DNA of 64,000 nucleotides from an uncultured Gammaproteobacteria bacterium (GCA_964434235.1 CAYSUN010000001.1:18574-82573), one strand, 5' to 3'; counted from the first letter of the stretch, positions 1 through 10,561 are shown. A program made the numbers and translations. Notes: generated by a model from the sequence alone, not told the origin.

Positions 1-197
1 TTGTCGGGGAAATTGTTGGAGGGACTCAAACTTTAGCGAGTGGAACAGAACATAGTCAAATGAAAAAAATAATATTGATTGTGTTTTCGCTTTTACTTGT
101 AATTAATTTATTTTTTCTTGGGAAATATAAAACTCAATTATTGCAAAAATTTATAAAGAAAGTTCCTTGGTTCAAGGGTCGCCCAGCCCTTGAATAA
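1..197 (+). CDS. 3' end of a membrane-anchored protein (partial)
   Basis: Open frame from position 3: VGEIVGGTQTLASG...KKIILIVFSLLLVINLFFLGKYK...PALE*, with a C-terminal TM followed by a basic tail; stop TAA at 195-197. Confidence 0.6.
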   Translation, partial: VGEIVGGTQTLASGTEHSQMKKIILIVFSLLLVINLFFLGKYKTQLLQKFIKKVPWFKGRPALE

Positions 198-234
198 TTA
201 AATTTGCGTTGTGTACAACTTTTTGATTTTAGCT

Positions 235-263
235 TTGTTCCTAAACAAAAATTGTGTTATAAT
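235..263 (+). promoter_or_regulatory. sigma70-type promoter of the T4SS-like operon
   Basis: TTGTTC-17 bp-TATAAT with extended TG, upstream of the ATG at 289. Confidence 0.5.
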
Positions 264-288
264 ATAATCAAGATTTAATATTACTTGA

Positions 289-3200
289 ATGCTCAGTCAG
301 TTCAAGAAAATTTTTCATAGCCTTAGTGATAAACTGGGAAAGATATTCCGCTTTGTTAGGTTTTTGATTTGGCCAAAAAATAAGTGGGTCGGTAGGTTGA
401 TGCCTTTTGGTTTTGTGGCTGGTTTGCTTCCATTGACTGTTCATGCTGGTTTGTCTGAATTTCTTCTGTTCTTATTAAATTTCCTTTTATTTAAAATTGC
501 TCAATTGCTGGGTTGGATTGTTATGCAGATATTCGGAGTAGTTTTGATTGTTTCATCTTATAATAATTTTGTTACTCATCCAGCAGTTATCAAAGGTTGG
601 GTCTTGATGCGCGACATGTGTAATTTGTTTTTTGTGATGATTTTGCTTGTTATTGCTTTCATGGTTATTTTGCAAGTTAAAAAGTATGAGCCAACAAAAA
701 TGCTGTACCGAGTAGTGTTAGCTGCAATTTTGGTTAATTTTTCTAAATTGATTTGTGGTATAGTTATAGATTTTGCTCAGGTTGTAATGATGACTTTTGT
801 TAATGGATATGCAGCTTCAGCTGGTGGTAATTTAGTTAATGCTTTAAATTTGGATAGTTTATTATCGCTCAGTACTGATGAAAATATGGACACTGAAGCT
901 GCTTTCCAGATAACAGTAGCCATGATAGCAGCGATTGTTGTTTTAGTGGCGACTATTGTCGTTGTTTTCTTTATTTTAATTTTGTTAACACTTCGAATAA
1001 CTCAATTGTGGATATTAGTAGTTTTATCTCCATTTGCTTTTACTTTGGAAGCAGTACCAGTAGGGGGGTTTCAACAGCAAGCGTCCAAGTGGTTTACTCA
1101 ATTTGGTTGGACAGTAGCAGTTGGTCCGTTTATGGCTTTTTTCCTTTGGCTTAGTTTACTTGTTATGTCTGATCCTGGAGCAATAGTTGGAGACCTGAGT
1201 ACAGCTAGAAAAGTTCAATCAGTTAATAAGGCAAACTTTACTGATACGGGTGGCCATGCAACGGCCACAACAATGGAAGGTCTAACTCAAGCGGCTATTG
1301 GTTTGTCTATGCTTTTTGGTTCATTGATGATTGCTCAGGAAGCTGGAGGTATGATCGGTGATATGGCTTCAAAGGGTGTAGCTTCAACAAAATCAGCTAC
1401 AAAGTGGGCTGCTAATAAAATGACAGGTGGCGTGGCTGAAAAAGGTGGTGCAGCTGTCAAAGGTTATCAAGCAAAACGTAATGAGTTTAAACAATTAAAA
1501 TTGGCTAAATATGGACGAGCAGGAGAAAAAGTTATGGGTCTTCAGGCACAAGCGGGTAGAGTTCCTGGATTTCTTCTTAAAAATGTAGCGAGTGGTATTG
1601 GAGCAGTTGGAAAGGCAATTGATAAAAAGCGAGATGCAGCAAGAACTCCAGAAGAACGAGCAGAAAGAGCTAAAAAGAAAGAAGATAAGGCCAAGAATAA
1701 AAAAAAGAAAAGAGATAACCGAGCTAAACAGATAGACAAATATAAGAATAGCGCTTTCGGCAAAACCATGACAAAAAATTGGCAGAGTACAAATCCTATG
1801 GCTGAGATGTTTGCTAAACGAATTAAAACTGCACACCAAAATACAAAAAATGGTGAAGCAAAAGAATATTTGGCTGGTAAAACATTGGATGAACTAAAAG
1901 AAATTGCTAAAAATACCAGCATGCCTAGTACTATTAGAAATATGGGTGCCTTGGAACTTTCTAGAAAAGGTTATGAGGATGACGGTGATGATGTCGCACC
2001 AAACGAGAGAATGTCTGCTATAGAATATGCTAGAAATGCTCGTAATGATTTAGTTCGGTCTGGTGATAAGGAATCACTAAAAGCGTTTGATGATAATCTT
2101 GAAAAAGGACAGGCTAATATTTTATTCCATATCTCAACTGATGCTGAAAAGACTGCAATGGCTAAAAGGATGCAAAAAGGAGACTTGGAGATGAAAAGCC
2201 AGGGGCCAGAAGCTTTTGGAGATGTTGAGTTTATGGATTTTTATCGTAAAACGGTTGGAAACAAAAAATTTACTTCGACTATAAAAGATGCGTCTGGACG
2301 TGGTGAAGCTTATAGTGATGCAGTTAAAGGCTCCATGCCAAATATGGCTGAGCGTGTACATGTAGATTTAGCTGAACGTGGAAGTGCCGAAGGAATACAA
2401 AGAGAATTTGATTCACGCAAAGCCAAGTTGGATAAACAAATACAAGATGCGGAAATTTTAGGCAAGCCAGATGATGTCGCAAGATTGAAAACTGAAAAAA
2501 ATAAATTAGATCTCAATGGTGTTGGTGCGGAGATTAGAAAACAAATTGAAAAAGATCGAGATGGCTTTCAAAATACTCAAGCTTCAATTACTGGTAGTCT
2601 TGAGGATGCTTTTGGTGATAGAGATAATACAACTGGTAAATTAGATGGAAACATGTCATCTAAGGCGTTAGAAAAAATGGCAAAATATATAAAAAAGTCT
2701 GCAGGAAAAAATTTGGCTAATCTGGGTATTGATAAGTCAGCTGAGAAGGCAGAGAGCGAGGATCCAGATAGTGACAAGAAACCATCTACATCAACTATAG
2801 ATACTTTAGCGGATAACGTGAGCGAAAATCAATTAGTTCAAATGCTTAGGTCTGGTGAGGATGGAGCTGGTGACAAAGTTAATATTCTAGTAAGTAGAAT
2901 GTTGACTAGAGCAGACGATCCGGAAAATTCTAACTTAAAGGCGAGGTTGCAAACAATGTTACAGAAAAATAATGAGATAGTTGGTAGTTTAGATGATGAT
3001 GTCAGAAGGCGGGCGACGGAAAATTTCCCACCGGCCGAACCAAAGGCTGACAAAAAGGACGACAAAGATAATAAAGATCAACAAGGGCAACAAGCTTCAA
3101 GCGGGGACAATGCTCAATCTGGAAGTGGTCAAGATAAACCTCAATCTAAATCTAAACCTAAACCACAGGCTCAATCCCAGGCTGATAGCAGTAGTTATAC

Positions 3201-3438
3201 TTATAAAATTGGTGAGCCAGTTGAAATTAAGGGTGATGATGGCACAGTTCAGAAGTGTGAATATGCTGGGCAAGCAAACACGCAAGGTCATGTAAGAATT
3301 AAACAACAAAATGGCGATGTTATTGAAAGAAAATTAGACACTGTTTTGTTTACTAATAAAGTAATAGCTGAAAACATGAGAAAAGATCGAGATGCATTTA
3401 TGAAAAATAGATCTGGTGGTTATGATACTCAAGCATAA
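289..3438 (+). CDS. VirB6/TrbL-like polytopic membrane protein with long charged C-terminal tail
   Basis: GWVLMRDMCNLFF, AAILVNFSKLICGIVID and LRITQLWILVVLSPFAF motifs; multiple TMs; lies upstream of prgI/virB4. Confidence 0.75.
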   Translation: MLSQFKKIFHSLSDKLGKIFRFVRFLIWPKNKWVGRLMPFGFVAGLLPLTVHAGLSEFLLFLLNFLLFKIAQLLGWIVMQIFGVVLIVSSYNNFVTHPAVIKGWVLMRDMCNLFFVMILLVIAFMVILQVKKYEPTKMLYRVVLAAILVNFSKLICGIVIDFAQVVMMTFVNGYAASAGGNLVNALNLDSLLSLSTDENMDTEAAFQITVAMIAAIVVLVATIVVVFFILILLTLRITQLWILVVLSPFAFTLEAVPVGGFQQQASKWFTQFGWTVAVGPFMAFFLWLSLLVMSDPGAIVGDLSTARKVQSVNKANFTDTGGHATATTMEGLTQAAIGLSMLFGSLMIAQEAGGMIGDMASKGVASTKSATKWAANKMTGGVAEKGGAAVKGYQAKRNEFKQLKLAKYGRAGEKVMGLQAQAGRVPGFLLKNVASGIGAVGKAIDKKRDAARTPEERAERAKKKEDKAKNKKKKRDNRAKQIDKYKNSAFGKTMTKNWQSTNPMAEMFAKRIKTAHQNTKNGEAKEYLAGKTLDELKEIAKNTSMPSTIRNMGALELSRKGYEDDGDDVAPNERMSAIEYARNARNDLVRSGDKESLKAFDDNLEKGQANILFHISTDAEKTAMAKRMQKGDLEMKSQGPEAFGDVEFMDFYRKTVGNKKFTSTIKDASGRGEAYSDAVKGSMPNMAERVHVDLAERGSAEGIQREFDSRKAKLDKQIQDAEILGKPDDVARLKTEKNKLDLNGVGAEIRKQIEKDRDGFQNTQASITGSLEDAFGDRDNTTGKLDGNMSSKALEKMAKYIKKSAGKNLANLGIDKSAEKAESEDPDSDKKPSTSTIDTLADNVSENQLVQMLRSGEDGAGDKVNILVSRMLTRADDPENSNLKARLQTMLQKNNEIVGSLDDDVRRRATENFPPAEPKADKKDDKDNKDQQGQQASSGDNAQSGSGQDKPQSKSKPKPQAQSQADSSSYTYKIGEPVEIKGDDGTVQKCEYAGQANTQGHVRIKQQNGDVIERKLDTVLFTNKVIAENMRKDRDAFMKNRSGGYDTQA

Positions 3439-3450
3439 TAATTTATTAAA

Positions 3451-5013
3451 ATGACTACAAATAAAAAAACAATTCCAGTACTAAAACAAATAGAACTACC
3501 AGAAAACGTAGCCAATGCTTTGTATAGCGAATTCGGTTATTCTTTAAATAATCAAATTAATAATGAACATGAATTAACTGTTATTCAAAGTTTTTCACTT
3601 GTGAAATTGCAAAATGATTTGTTTTTCAAAAAAGTTGAAGTGTCTGATATTGTACAAGAAATAATTGAGTGTTTGGGTATAAATAAAATCAAGGCAAAAA
3701 AAATTGCTTTAGATGTTTTGGGTAAAAAAATGTTATTACTTGATACTAAGTGGTTTGAGGGCGAAGTAAGTAAAAAAATAACCGAGCTTGGTGGAAATGT
3801 CAAAGATTATAAAGAAATCACTAATAAGTATATTGAAGAGGTTGTCCAAGAAACATTTTATCGTGAATTGTCAGAACAAAAAGAAAAACAAGCTGAAGAG
3901 GCGGAAAAATTAAGTCTTGTGGAAGAGATTGAAGCAGAGGCAGCGGTAGTTAAAGATCCTGAAGGAGAGAAAAAAGCAGCGATCGAAATATTTAGTAATA
4001 AGCTCAAAGATTTGTTGTATGTTAATGATTATGTGTTGAAAATTGAATTAAATATTAGATTGATTACGTTGCTTTTGCAAGAAATGGATGAAGGTGAATT
4101 AAAATCTTTTCATAGCAACTTGTTAAAAGCGATAAAAGAAAATCAAGAATTGATTACTGAACAAAAGATTAATTTAAAAGGCGAATTAGTCGAGCCAACT
4201 GTGGCTAATTGGGTCAAAAATTTTATTCGTGAAGTTGGTTTGGAGGGATCTCAAGTAAACTCATTGAAAAAAGCTAAATATTTAAGTAGCGCTGATAATA
4301 TTCAAGGTTTAAATGAAAACGAGAAAAGAGCAGTTGGTAATTTGTTTTTCCTTTATACTGCCCTAGAAACTTTTTACATTTTGGTGGAAAAATCTGGCAT
4401 TGATGATGTTCTGATACTGCAGTTAACTCCAGAAGAACAACAAGAGTTGAAGCAAGATGTGAAAAAAGCTGAAGAAGAAGATGACAAACAGTCAAAAACA
4501 AAATTAAATGAAGCTGGTGAATCAAAACCTGTGGATATTATGCAGTTGTATTTAGGTAGAGCTGAAGATAGAGAAAAAATCGACACAATTAAACAGCAAT
4601 TATCAATAGATACTCGTCGAGAATACGATAAAGTGGCTGATTACTTGAATGAAAATTTAAAGTCTAGATTTAAATTAAATATTATTGCGGCTATTGAGCT
4701 TTTGGCAGAAATTGGGTCGCTTGATGATTTACTTGCTCACGATGAAAGATATCAAGCGTATATGTACGGATTTTTTAAGCGTAATAATTTACAAGGTGAA
4801 GAAATCGAGTTCAAAAAAAATCCAGTGCAAGCTAAGTACGTTCAATATTTCTTAATGTTTGTATTTATGGAAAGACTTGGAATGAATAATGACAAAGCTG
4901 CTAGATTGGCTGCTAATGTTTCTCAAATATTTATGGCTCAAGGTGTTAGTCAATATGCTCAATTAGCGTACCTTGATTTGAATGATCATCAATTTAAATG
5001 GAGTGATTTATGA
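3451..5013 (+). CDS. hypothetical helical protein in T4SS-like operon
   Basis: 520-aa ORF, tightly packed with neighbours. Confidence 0.7.
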   Translation: MTTNKKTIPVLKQIELPENVANALYSEFGYSLNNQINNEHELTVIQSFSLVKLQNDLFFKKVEVSDIVQEIIECLGINKIKAKKIALDVLGKKMLLLDTKWFEGEVSKKITELGGNVKDYKEITNKYIEEVVQETFYRELSEQKEKQAEEAEKLSLVEEIEAEAAVVKDPEGEKKAAIEIFSNKLKDLLYVNDYVLKIELNIRLITLLLQEMDEGELKSFHSNLLKAIKENQELITEQKINLKGELVEPTVANWVKNFIREVGLEGSQVNSLKKAKYLSSADNIQGLNENEKRAVGNLFFLYTALETFYILVEKSGIDDVLILQLTPEEQQELKQDVKKAEEEDDKQSKTKLNEAGESKPVDIMQLYLGRAEDREKIDTIKQQLSIDTRREYDKVADYLNENLKSRFKLNIIAAIELLAEIGSLDDLLAHDERYQAYMYGFFKRNNLQGEEIEFKKNPVQAKYVQYFLMFVFMERLGMNNDKAARLAANVSQIFMAQGVSQYAQLAYLDLNDHQFKWSDL

Positions 5014-6230
5014 TATCTAATTTACAAGATGGCTATGTCTTGGTCAAAGATAAGGATGGAGAACTGAAATATTACAAAGAGGGAAAATTCTTCAGTATTG
5101 CAGAAATAGAAAAACAAAGACAAATAGCTTTACAAAAAAATACTAGTCCGAAAGAAAAAGTAGAACTTAAACCTGCTTATAGTTTTGATACTGTTAAACG
5201 TTCGGTTCAAGTTAAACAACCAGATCAAGTGAAGCAATCAGTTCAAGTTAGGCAACTGCCTGAAGATATAAGAAAAGAATTAAGAAAAATTGGTCCAGAA
5301 ATAGAAATCCCTAAATCGCACAAAAAACCTATTTTTCCGAGTAAATTGAAACCCTTGGATCTTGAACCAGAAGAGTTGAAACCGCACAGTGATTTTCATG
5401 AAAGAAGAAATCAAGATCAAGAATTGGTGCAAAAAAAAGTTGACGAAGTGATTGAAAGATTGAAAATTAAATTTAGTGATTCAAGTATAGAAAAAAGATT
5501 TAGAAATATTCTTCTAACTTATTTTCGTGGTATTCGTAAAGACAAAGAATTAGTCTATGTGCTTGGTTTGCCTAAAATAAGTGGTGGCATGGAATTGGAT
5601 GACACGAAGATTAAGATTATTTTGTCAGTTATTAACCAGCATGTGGAAGAATTAGAAAAAGATAGAAGACATTTGGCCAGTAAACCGTTGGCTGATGATA
5701 TTCAAGCGGTTGCTGATATGGAGCATAGATTGGCTCCACCACCACCAGCGATTATTCAAGATAATTCAAAGAATAATCAAGTGGAAAAAAATAGATTTCA
5801 GGCTAGGACTATGCCTAAGCCAGCTATTCAGCGTCCAACGCCAGTTAGTTTGAGTGCTAAAAGACCAGATAGACCGACAATTACAGATATAAAAAGAAGA
5901 CGTTTAATTGGGCCAGTCGAAGAACTTGAAATGATGAATATAGAAAATTTAAGAAGATTGGGAGAGAATGAACATGAAATTATGGAAGAAGTTTTGGAAA
6001 AAATTCAGATTTTAGCAGAGCAATCTTTATTAAAAAAGATTGAAGGTATTAATGCGTGGAAAAGTTCAGCTATCTATAAACTTTATTTGCAAATGACCTA
6101 TGAAGCTATTGTGAATAAGCGAAGTATTGCTGATATTATTGAACAACGGCAATTGAAAAATCAAGAAACTTTAACTTTAAGTGAATATGAAATGTTAGGA
6201 AATATAAATTCTAAATTGAATCTAGCCTAA
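5010..6230 (+). CDS. hypothetical protein in T4SS-like operon
   Basis: 406-aa ORF, ATGA overlap, Pro-rich linker, C-terminal GPVEEL...AWKSS domain. Confidence 0.7.
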   Translation: MISNLQDGYVLVKDKDGELKYYKEGKFFSIAEIEKQRQIALQKNTSPKEKVELKPAYSFDTVKRSVQVKQPDQVKQSVQVRQLPEDIRKELRKIGPEIEIPKSHKKPIFPSKLKPLDLEPEELKPHSDFHERRNQDQELVQKKVDEVIERLKIKFSDSSIEKRFRNILLTYFRGIRKDKELVYVLGLPKISGGMELDDTKIKIILSVINQHVEELEKDRRHLASKPLADDIQAVADMEHRLAPPPPAIIQDNSKNNQVEKNRFQARTMPKPAIQRPTPVSLSAKRPDRPTITDIKRRRLIGPVEELEMMNIENLRRLGENEHEIMEEVLEKIQILAEQSLLKKIEGINAWKSSAIYKLYLQMTYEAIVNKRSIADIIEQRQLKNQETLTLSEYEMLGNINSKLNLA

Positions 6231-6231
6231 T

Positions 6232-6690
6232 ATGCAACAATTTTTAGTCCCACAATTTATTGACGTTGAAGACAAAATCATCGGTCCTATTACCACAAGA
6301 CAGTTTGTGGAAGTTTTGGCGGGTGTTTTGTTTACTTTTATTTTTTATAAACTTTTAGCTTTTACATATTTTATTTTTGCAGCAATAATTATTTTGCCTT
6401 CAACTGGAATTATTGCTTTTGCAAAAGTTAGTGGACGGCCAATTCATTTTTTCTTGTTAAACTTTTTGCAAACTAGTAAAAGGCCAGCTCTTCGAGTTTG
6501 GAATCGGGCAGCCTATGTTAAGCAAGTTCAAGAAATAAAAAGTGAAATTAAGGAAAAGCCAAAGCCCCAGATTGTTAAAAATGTAATTTCCGGTTCAAGG
6601 TTAAGAGACGTTTCTTTGATTGTTAATACTGGTGGCGTTTATGAGTCGCATGAACCTGTTGTTGATGATAAATTAATGGCTAATAAATAA
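6232..6690 (+). CDS. prgI: PrgI family (VirB3-like) protein
   Basis: MQQFLVPQFIDVEDKIIGPITTRQF followed by two TMs. Confidence 0.85.
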   Translation: MQQFLVPQFIDVEDKIIGPITTRQFVEVLAGVLFTFIFYKLLAFTYFIFAAIIILPSTGIIAFAKVSGRPIHFFLLNFLQTSKRPALRVWNRAAYVKQVQEIKSEIKEKPKPQIVKNVISGSRLRDVSLIVNTGGVYESHEPVVDDKLMANK

Positions 6691-6724
6691 ATTTATATAA
6701 GTTAACATAAGATTATCAAGAAAT

Positions 6725-7393
6725 ATGGCTACAAAAAGCAGAATAACAACATCAACACAACTTTTTTTGGATATTGCAGAAATAAAAAATAATACTGTAA
6801 TAATGAAAGATGGAACACTTCGAGCAGTTTTAATGGTTTCAAGTGTCAATTTTGCCCTTAAATCTGAAGATGAGCAAGAAGCTTTGGTTTCTTCTTATGT
6901 AACCTTTTTGAATTATTTAGATTTCCCATTACAAATAGTAATTCAATCCAGGAAATTGGATATTGATAACTATTTAAAGAGAATAGAAGTTGCAGAAAAA
7001 GATTTAACTAATGAATTGCTTAAAAAACAAATAGTTGATTATAAAAATTATATTAATGAATTGGTTGAACTTGGTGATATTATGACTAAACATTTTTTTG
7101 TTGTTGTGCCGTACAGTGTTTTGGAAAGCAAGAAAAATGGATTTTTTGATAAAGTAGGTGCAGTTTTCACTCCGGCAAGAGTAATTCGTCTTAAAACTGA
7201 TAAATTTGAAAAATATTTACATGATTTAAATCAAAGAGTTGAGCATGTTTCTTCTAATATTACTTCACTTGGCATTACAGCAGTTCGATTGGATACCCAA
7301 AGTTTAATAGAGCTTTATTATAATGTTTATAATCCTGTTATGGCCAAGAGCCAAAAATTAGTAGATATTGATGAGCTAAGGGTAGAAAGATAA
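6725..7393 (+). CDS. TraC/VirB4 N-terminal-like accessory protein
   Basis: STQLFLDIAEIKNNTVIMKDG...VNFALKSEDEQ...LQIVIQSRKLD; lies between prgI and virB4. Confidence 0.75.
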   Translation: MATKSRITTSTQLFLDIAEIKNNTVIMKDGTLRAVLMVSSVNFALKSEDEQEALVSSYVTFLNYLDFPLQIVIQSRKLDIDNYLKRIEVAEKDLTNELLKKQIVDYKNYINELVELGDIMTKHFFVVVPYSVLESKKNGFFDKVGAVFTPARVIRLKTDKFEKYLHDLNQRVEHVSSNITSLGITAVRLDTQSLIELYYNVYNPVMAKSQKLVDIDELRVER

Positions 7394-7426
7394 TAATTTA
7401 TAATTTTAAATCTTGTATAATAAAAT

Positions 7427-9334
7427 ATGTTTAAACCCAATGATGTCAAGAAAAAACCAGTTTCTTCTGAGATACCAATTCCTAAATTAGAAATACTTAA
7501 CGAAACTGCTTCTATTAAAAATGAGGAAGTAAAAGCTTCAAAACAAAAAGAAGTTTTGGAACAAGAAAAAACGTATCGTAAGGGAATAACTTCGGTTTTG
7601 GATATAGTTGCTCCGGCTGCGTTTGAAGTAAATCCTGATCATGTTCGAATTGGCGGACTTTTTGCTAGAACTCTTTTTGTCATGACTTATCCAAGATATA
7701 TTAACGTTGGTTGGTTTTCTCCAGTTATAAACTATAACGCAACTTTGGATATTAGCATGTTTTTTTATCCAATTGAGGCTGGTGTAGTTTTGAAACAATT
7801 AAAAAATAAAGTTGGTATTTTAACAGCCCAGTTAACTTCAGATTCAGAAAAAGGAGCTCCTCGTGATCCACTTAGAGAAACAGCCCTTCAAGATATTGAG
7901 CAACTTCGAGATGATATTACTCAGGGTACTGAAAAGTTTTTTCAATATGCGTTATATGTAACTTTGTATGAAAAAACTATTAGTGAGTTGGATGTTTTAA
8001 CTGAAGACGTTGAAACTGTACTGGGAACAAGGTCAATAATTTCTAAACGGGTATTTTATCAAGCAGAGCAAGGCTTTAATTCAACAATTCCTATTTCTAA
8101 TGATGAATTAATGATAACTGCTAATCTTAATTCTTCCCCAATTGCTGCTTCATTCCCATTTATGTCCTCGGAGCTTACTTCTGATGATGGAGTTTTATTT
8201 GGTATTAATCGACATAATAACAGTTTAATTTTGTTCGATCGATTTTCTTTGCAAAATGCTAATGCCTGTGTGTTCGCTACTTCTGGAGCTGGTAAAAGTT
8301 ATACTATAAAACTGGAAATTTTGCGGAGTATGATGCTTGGAACAGATGTGATTATTATTGATCCAGAAAGAGAATATAAAAATTTGAATGACGCGGTTGG
8401 TGGAACTTATGTAAATATTTCCTTGAATTCTGATAGTAAAATTAATCCTTTTGATTTACCTCGAAAAATGGGTGATATGTCGGCGGCTGATGTTATCCGA
8501 AGTGCAGTCATTACTTTGAAAGGTTTAATGCGAATTATGCTTGGAAAAATGACTTTTCAAGAAGATTCTATTATGGATAGAGCTTTAATTGAAACTTATG
8601 CTAAAAAAGATATTACTGGTGAATCTGATCTAACCACAATCGAACCACCAATTATGCAGGATTTGTATGATGTTCTTGATGGAATGGATGGTGGAGCTGA
8701 TTTAGCTTTACGTTTGAAAAAATATACTTCGGGAACATTTTCTGGTTTATTTAATTCACCGACTAATGTAGACATGGCCAATCAATTAGTTTGTTTTAGT
8801 GTGCGTGACTTGGAAGATGAACTTCGACCAATGGCAATTTATAACATTGTTAATTATATTTGGAATGTAGTTCGATCGGAAGTAAAAAAGAGAATTTTGG
8901 TAATTGATGAAGCTTGGTGGTTATTGCAACATGAAGATTCAGCAAAATTTATTCACGCTTTAGTAAAAAGATGTCGTAAATATTATTTGGGAGTTACAAC
9001 TATTACACAGGATGTAAATGATTTTCTTTTGTCTCAATATGGTCAAGCGATTGTAACAAATTCAGCTTTGAAAATTTTGTTAAAACAAGCTCCTTCAGCT
9101 ATGGATTTGATTCAAAAAACTTTTCAATTAACTGAAGGTGAAAAATATTTACTTTTAGAATGTAATGTTGGTGAAGGAATTTTCTTTGCTGGTAGTCGTC
9201 ATGCTGCGATGAAAGTTGTGGCTTCTCCGCTTGAAGATAGAATGATTACAACTGATCCTCGACAGTTGTTAGCACAGGAAAAACAGAGAGAAGAAGAAGA
9301 GGCTAAGGAAGCTGAAAGAGAAAATACAGTTTGA
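7427..9334 (+). CDS. virB4: VirB4/TraC-family secretion ATPase
   Basis: Walker A ATSGAGKS, IIIDPEREY, INPFD, Walker B LVIDEAW, RKY...ITQ. Confidence 0.9.
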   Translation: MFKPNDVKKKPVSSEIPIPKLEILNETASIKNEEVKASKQKEVLEQEKTYRKGITSVLDIVAPAAFEVNPDHVRIGGLFARTLFVMTYPRYINVGWFSPVINYNATLDISMFFYPIEAGVVLKQLKNKVGILTAQLTSDSEKGAPRDPLRETALQDIEQLRDDITQGTEKFFQYALYVTLYEKTISELDVLTEDVETVLGTRSIISKRVFYQAEQGFNSTIPISNDELMITANLNSSPIAASFPFMSSELTSDDGVLFGINRHNNSLILFDRFSLQNANACVFATSGAGKSYTIKLEILRSMMLGTDVIIIDPEREYKNLNDAVGGTYVNISLNSDSKINPFDLPRKMGDMSAADVIRSAVITLKGLMRIMLGKMTFQEDSIMDRALIETYAKKDITGESDLTTIEPPIMQDLYDVLDGMDGGADLALRLKKYTSGTFSGLFNSPTNVDMANQLVCFSVRDLEDELRPMAIYNIVNYIWNVVRSEVKKRILVIDEAWWLLQHEDSAKFIHALVKRCRKYYLGVTTITQDVNDFLLSQYGQAIVTNSALKILLKQAPSAMDLIQKTFQLTEGEKYLLLECNVGEGIFFAGSRHAAMKVVASPLEDRMITTDPRQLLAQEKQREEEEAKEAERENTV

Positions 9335-9982
9335 AAACAAAAAAACACTTAATCACTAAAACAAGAAATCAATAAAACATAAAAACAAGAAAACAAGGAA
9401 AAGAAAGATTCAAGTAACAAGCAAAACAGAACACGGAACACAAAACACGGAACATTAATCATAGAACATAGATCATAGAACAAACACTTAAGATGGTTTA
9501 GCACTGCCAACTCTTACCGCATCCCTTTAGGGTGCGTAGAACTTAAAACAAGGTTAAAAAGGCAGTAAAACCACTCCCTACCTGTCTATCGGTTTACATG
9601 CCGGAGGTATGCAGGCAGGCGTAATAAACACTTAAGCTGGTTTATTGCTTACTGTTTAACATTTAATGTTTAATATTTATTTACTTAATACTTAATCATA
9701 GAACATAGAATATAGATCATAGAGCATCAAATCAATAAATCATTTAAACACTTAATCACTAAAACAAGAAGTCAAGGAAAAGAAAGATCCAAGTAACAAG
9801 AAAAATTTAATACTTACTACCTGCCTGCCGGTTTACGTGCCGGAGGTGTGCAGGCAGGCTTAACACTTACTTTTTACTTTTAACTTTTAATTTTTAACTT
9901 TTTCAATTTACTGTTTATTTACTTAACACTTAATACTTAACACTTAACACTTACTTTTAACTTTTAACTTGTAACTTTTAAT
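9335..9982. repeat. composite intergenic repeat field (7/8-mers plus palindromes)
   Basis: Tracts of aacaaga, cttaa(c/t)a, catagaa and ttttaac; two cctgcc..gcaggcagg elements (9577-9619, 9820-9858); block 9344-9418 repeated degenerately near 9748-9800. Confidence 0.85.
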
Positions 9983-10561
9983 ATGGAACAAAGAAAAAAA
10001 ATTATATTAATCATTGTCGTTGGTGTTTTGATTATAGCGGGAATTATAACTTGGTTTGTAATTTCTGAAAAAAAAGCTAATTCAACATCAACGGAAACTG
10101 ATACTGTTGCTACTCTTTCGGGTAAACCAGTTGATGAAAAAAAAGCAATTGTGGCAGTAGCACCAACTCAAAAAGAAAAAGTGGAAGTTTCAGTTAAATC
10201 AGTTGTTACAACTTTTGTTGAGAGATTTGGAAGTTTTTCCAATCATGCTAATTTCTTTTCAGTCGAAGATATTGTACCAATGATGACAAGTTCTATGGCT
10301 AGTTGGGTACAAAATACTTATTTGCCAACATTAAGAAGAGAGTATGATCCACAAGGTTTTTATTATAGTGTACAAACAACTGCTCCTGTTGTGAGAATTT
10401 TGAAAGAAGAAGGTAATTATATGGAGATAATGGTAGAAACCCAAAGAGTTGAAGATAGAGAAGGACAAAAACAAAATTTTAATCAAGCTATTAAAATAGA
10501 TTTAGTTAAAAGTGGTGAGGAGTGGCTAGTTGATGGAGCATTTTGGCAAAAACAAGAATAA
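9983..10561 (+). CDS. single-TM protein, possible VirB8/TcpC-like (NTF2-type) component
   Basis: N-terminal TM, FVERFGSFS, C-terminal LVKSGEEWLVD; follows virB4 (fold is inference). Confidence 0.5.
   Translation: MEQRKKIILIIVVGVLIIAGIITWFVISEKKANSTSTETDTVATLSGKPVDEKKAIVAVAPTQKEKVEVSVKSVVTTFVERFGSFSNHANFFSVEDIVPMMTSSMASWVQNTYLPTLRREYDPQGFYYSVQTTAPVVRILKEEGNYMEIMVETQRVEDREGQKQNFNQAIKIDLVKSGEEWLVDGAFWQKQE

Noticed and set aside
171-194. Hairpin ttcaaggg..cccttgaa at the end of the first partial CDS
   Set aside because: Single copy in the window and no U-tract; cannot be assigned
9335-9982. CRISPR array
   Set aside because: No constant 23-47 bp repeat with regularly sized unique spacers, and no cas genes in the window
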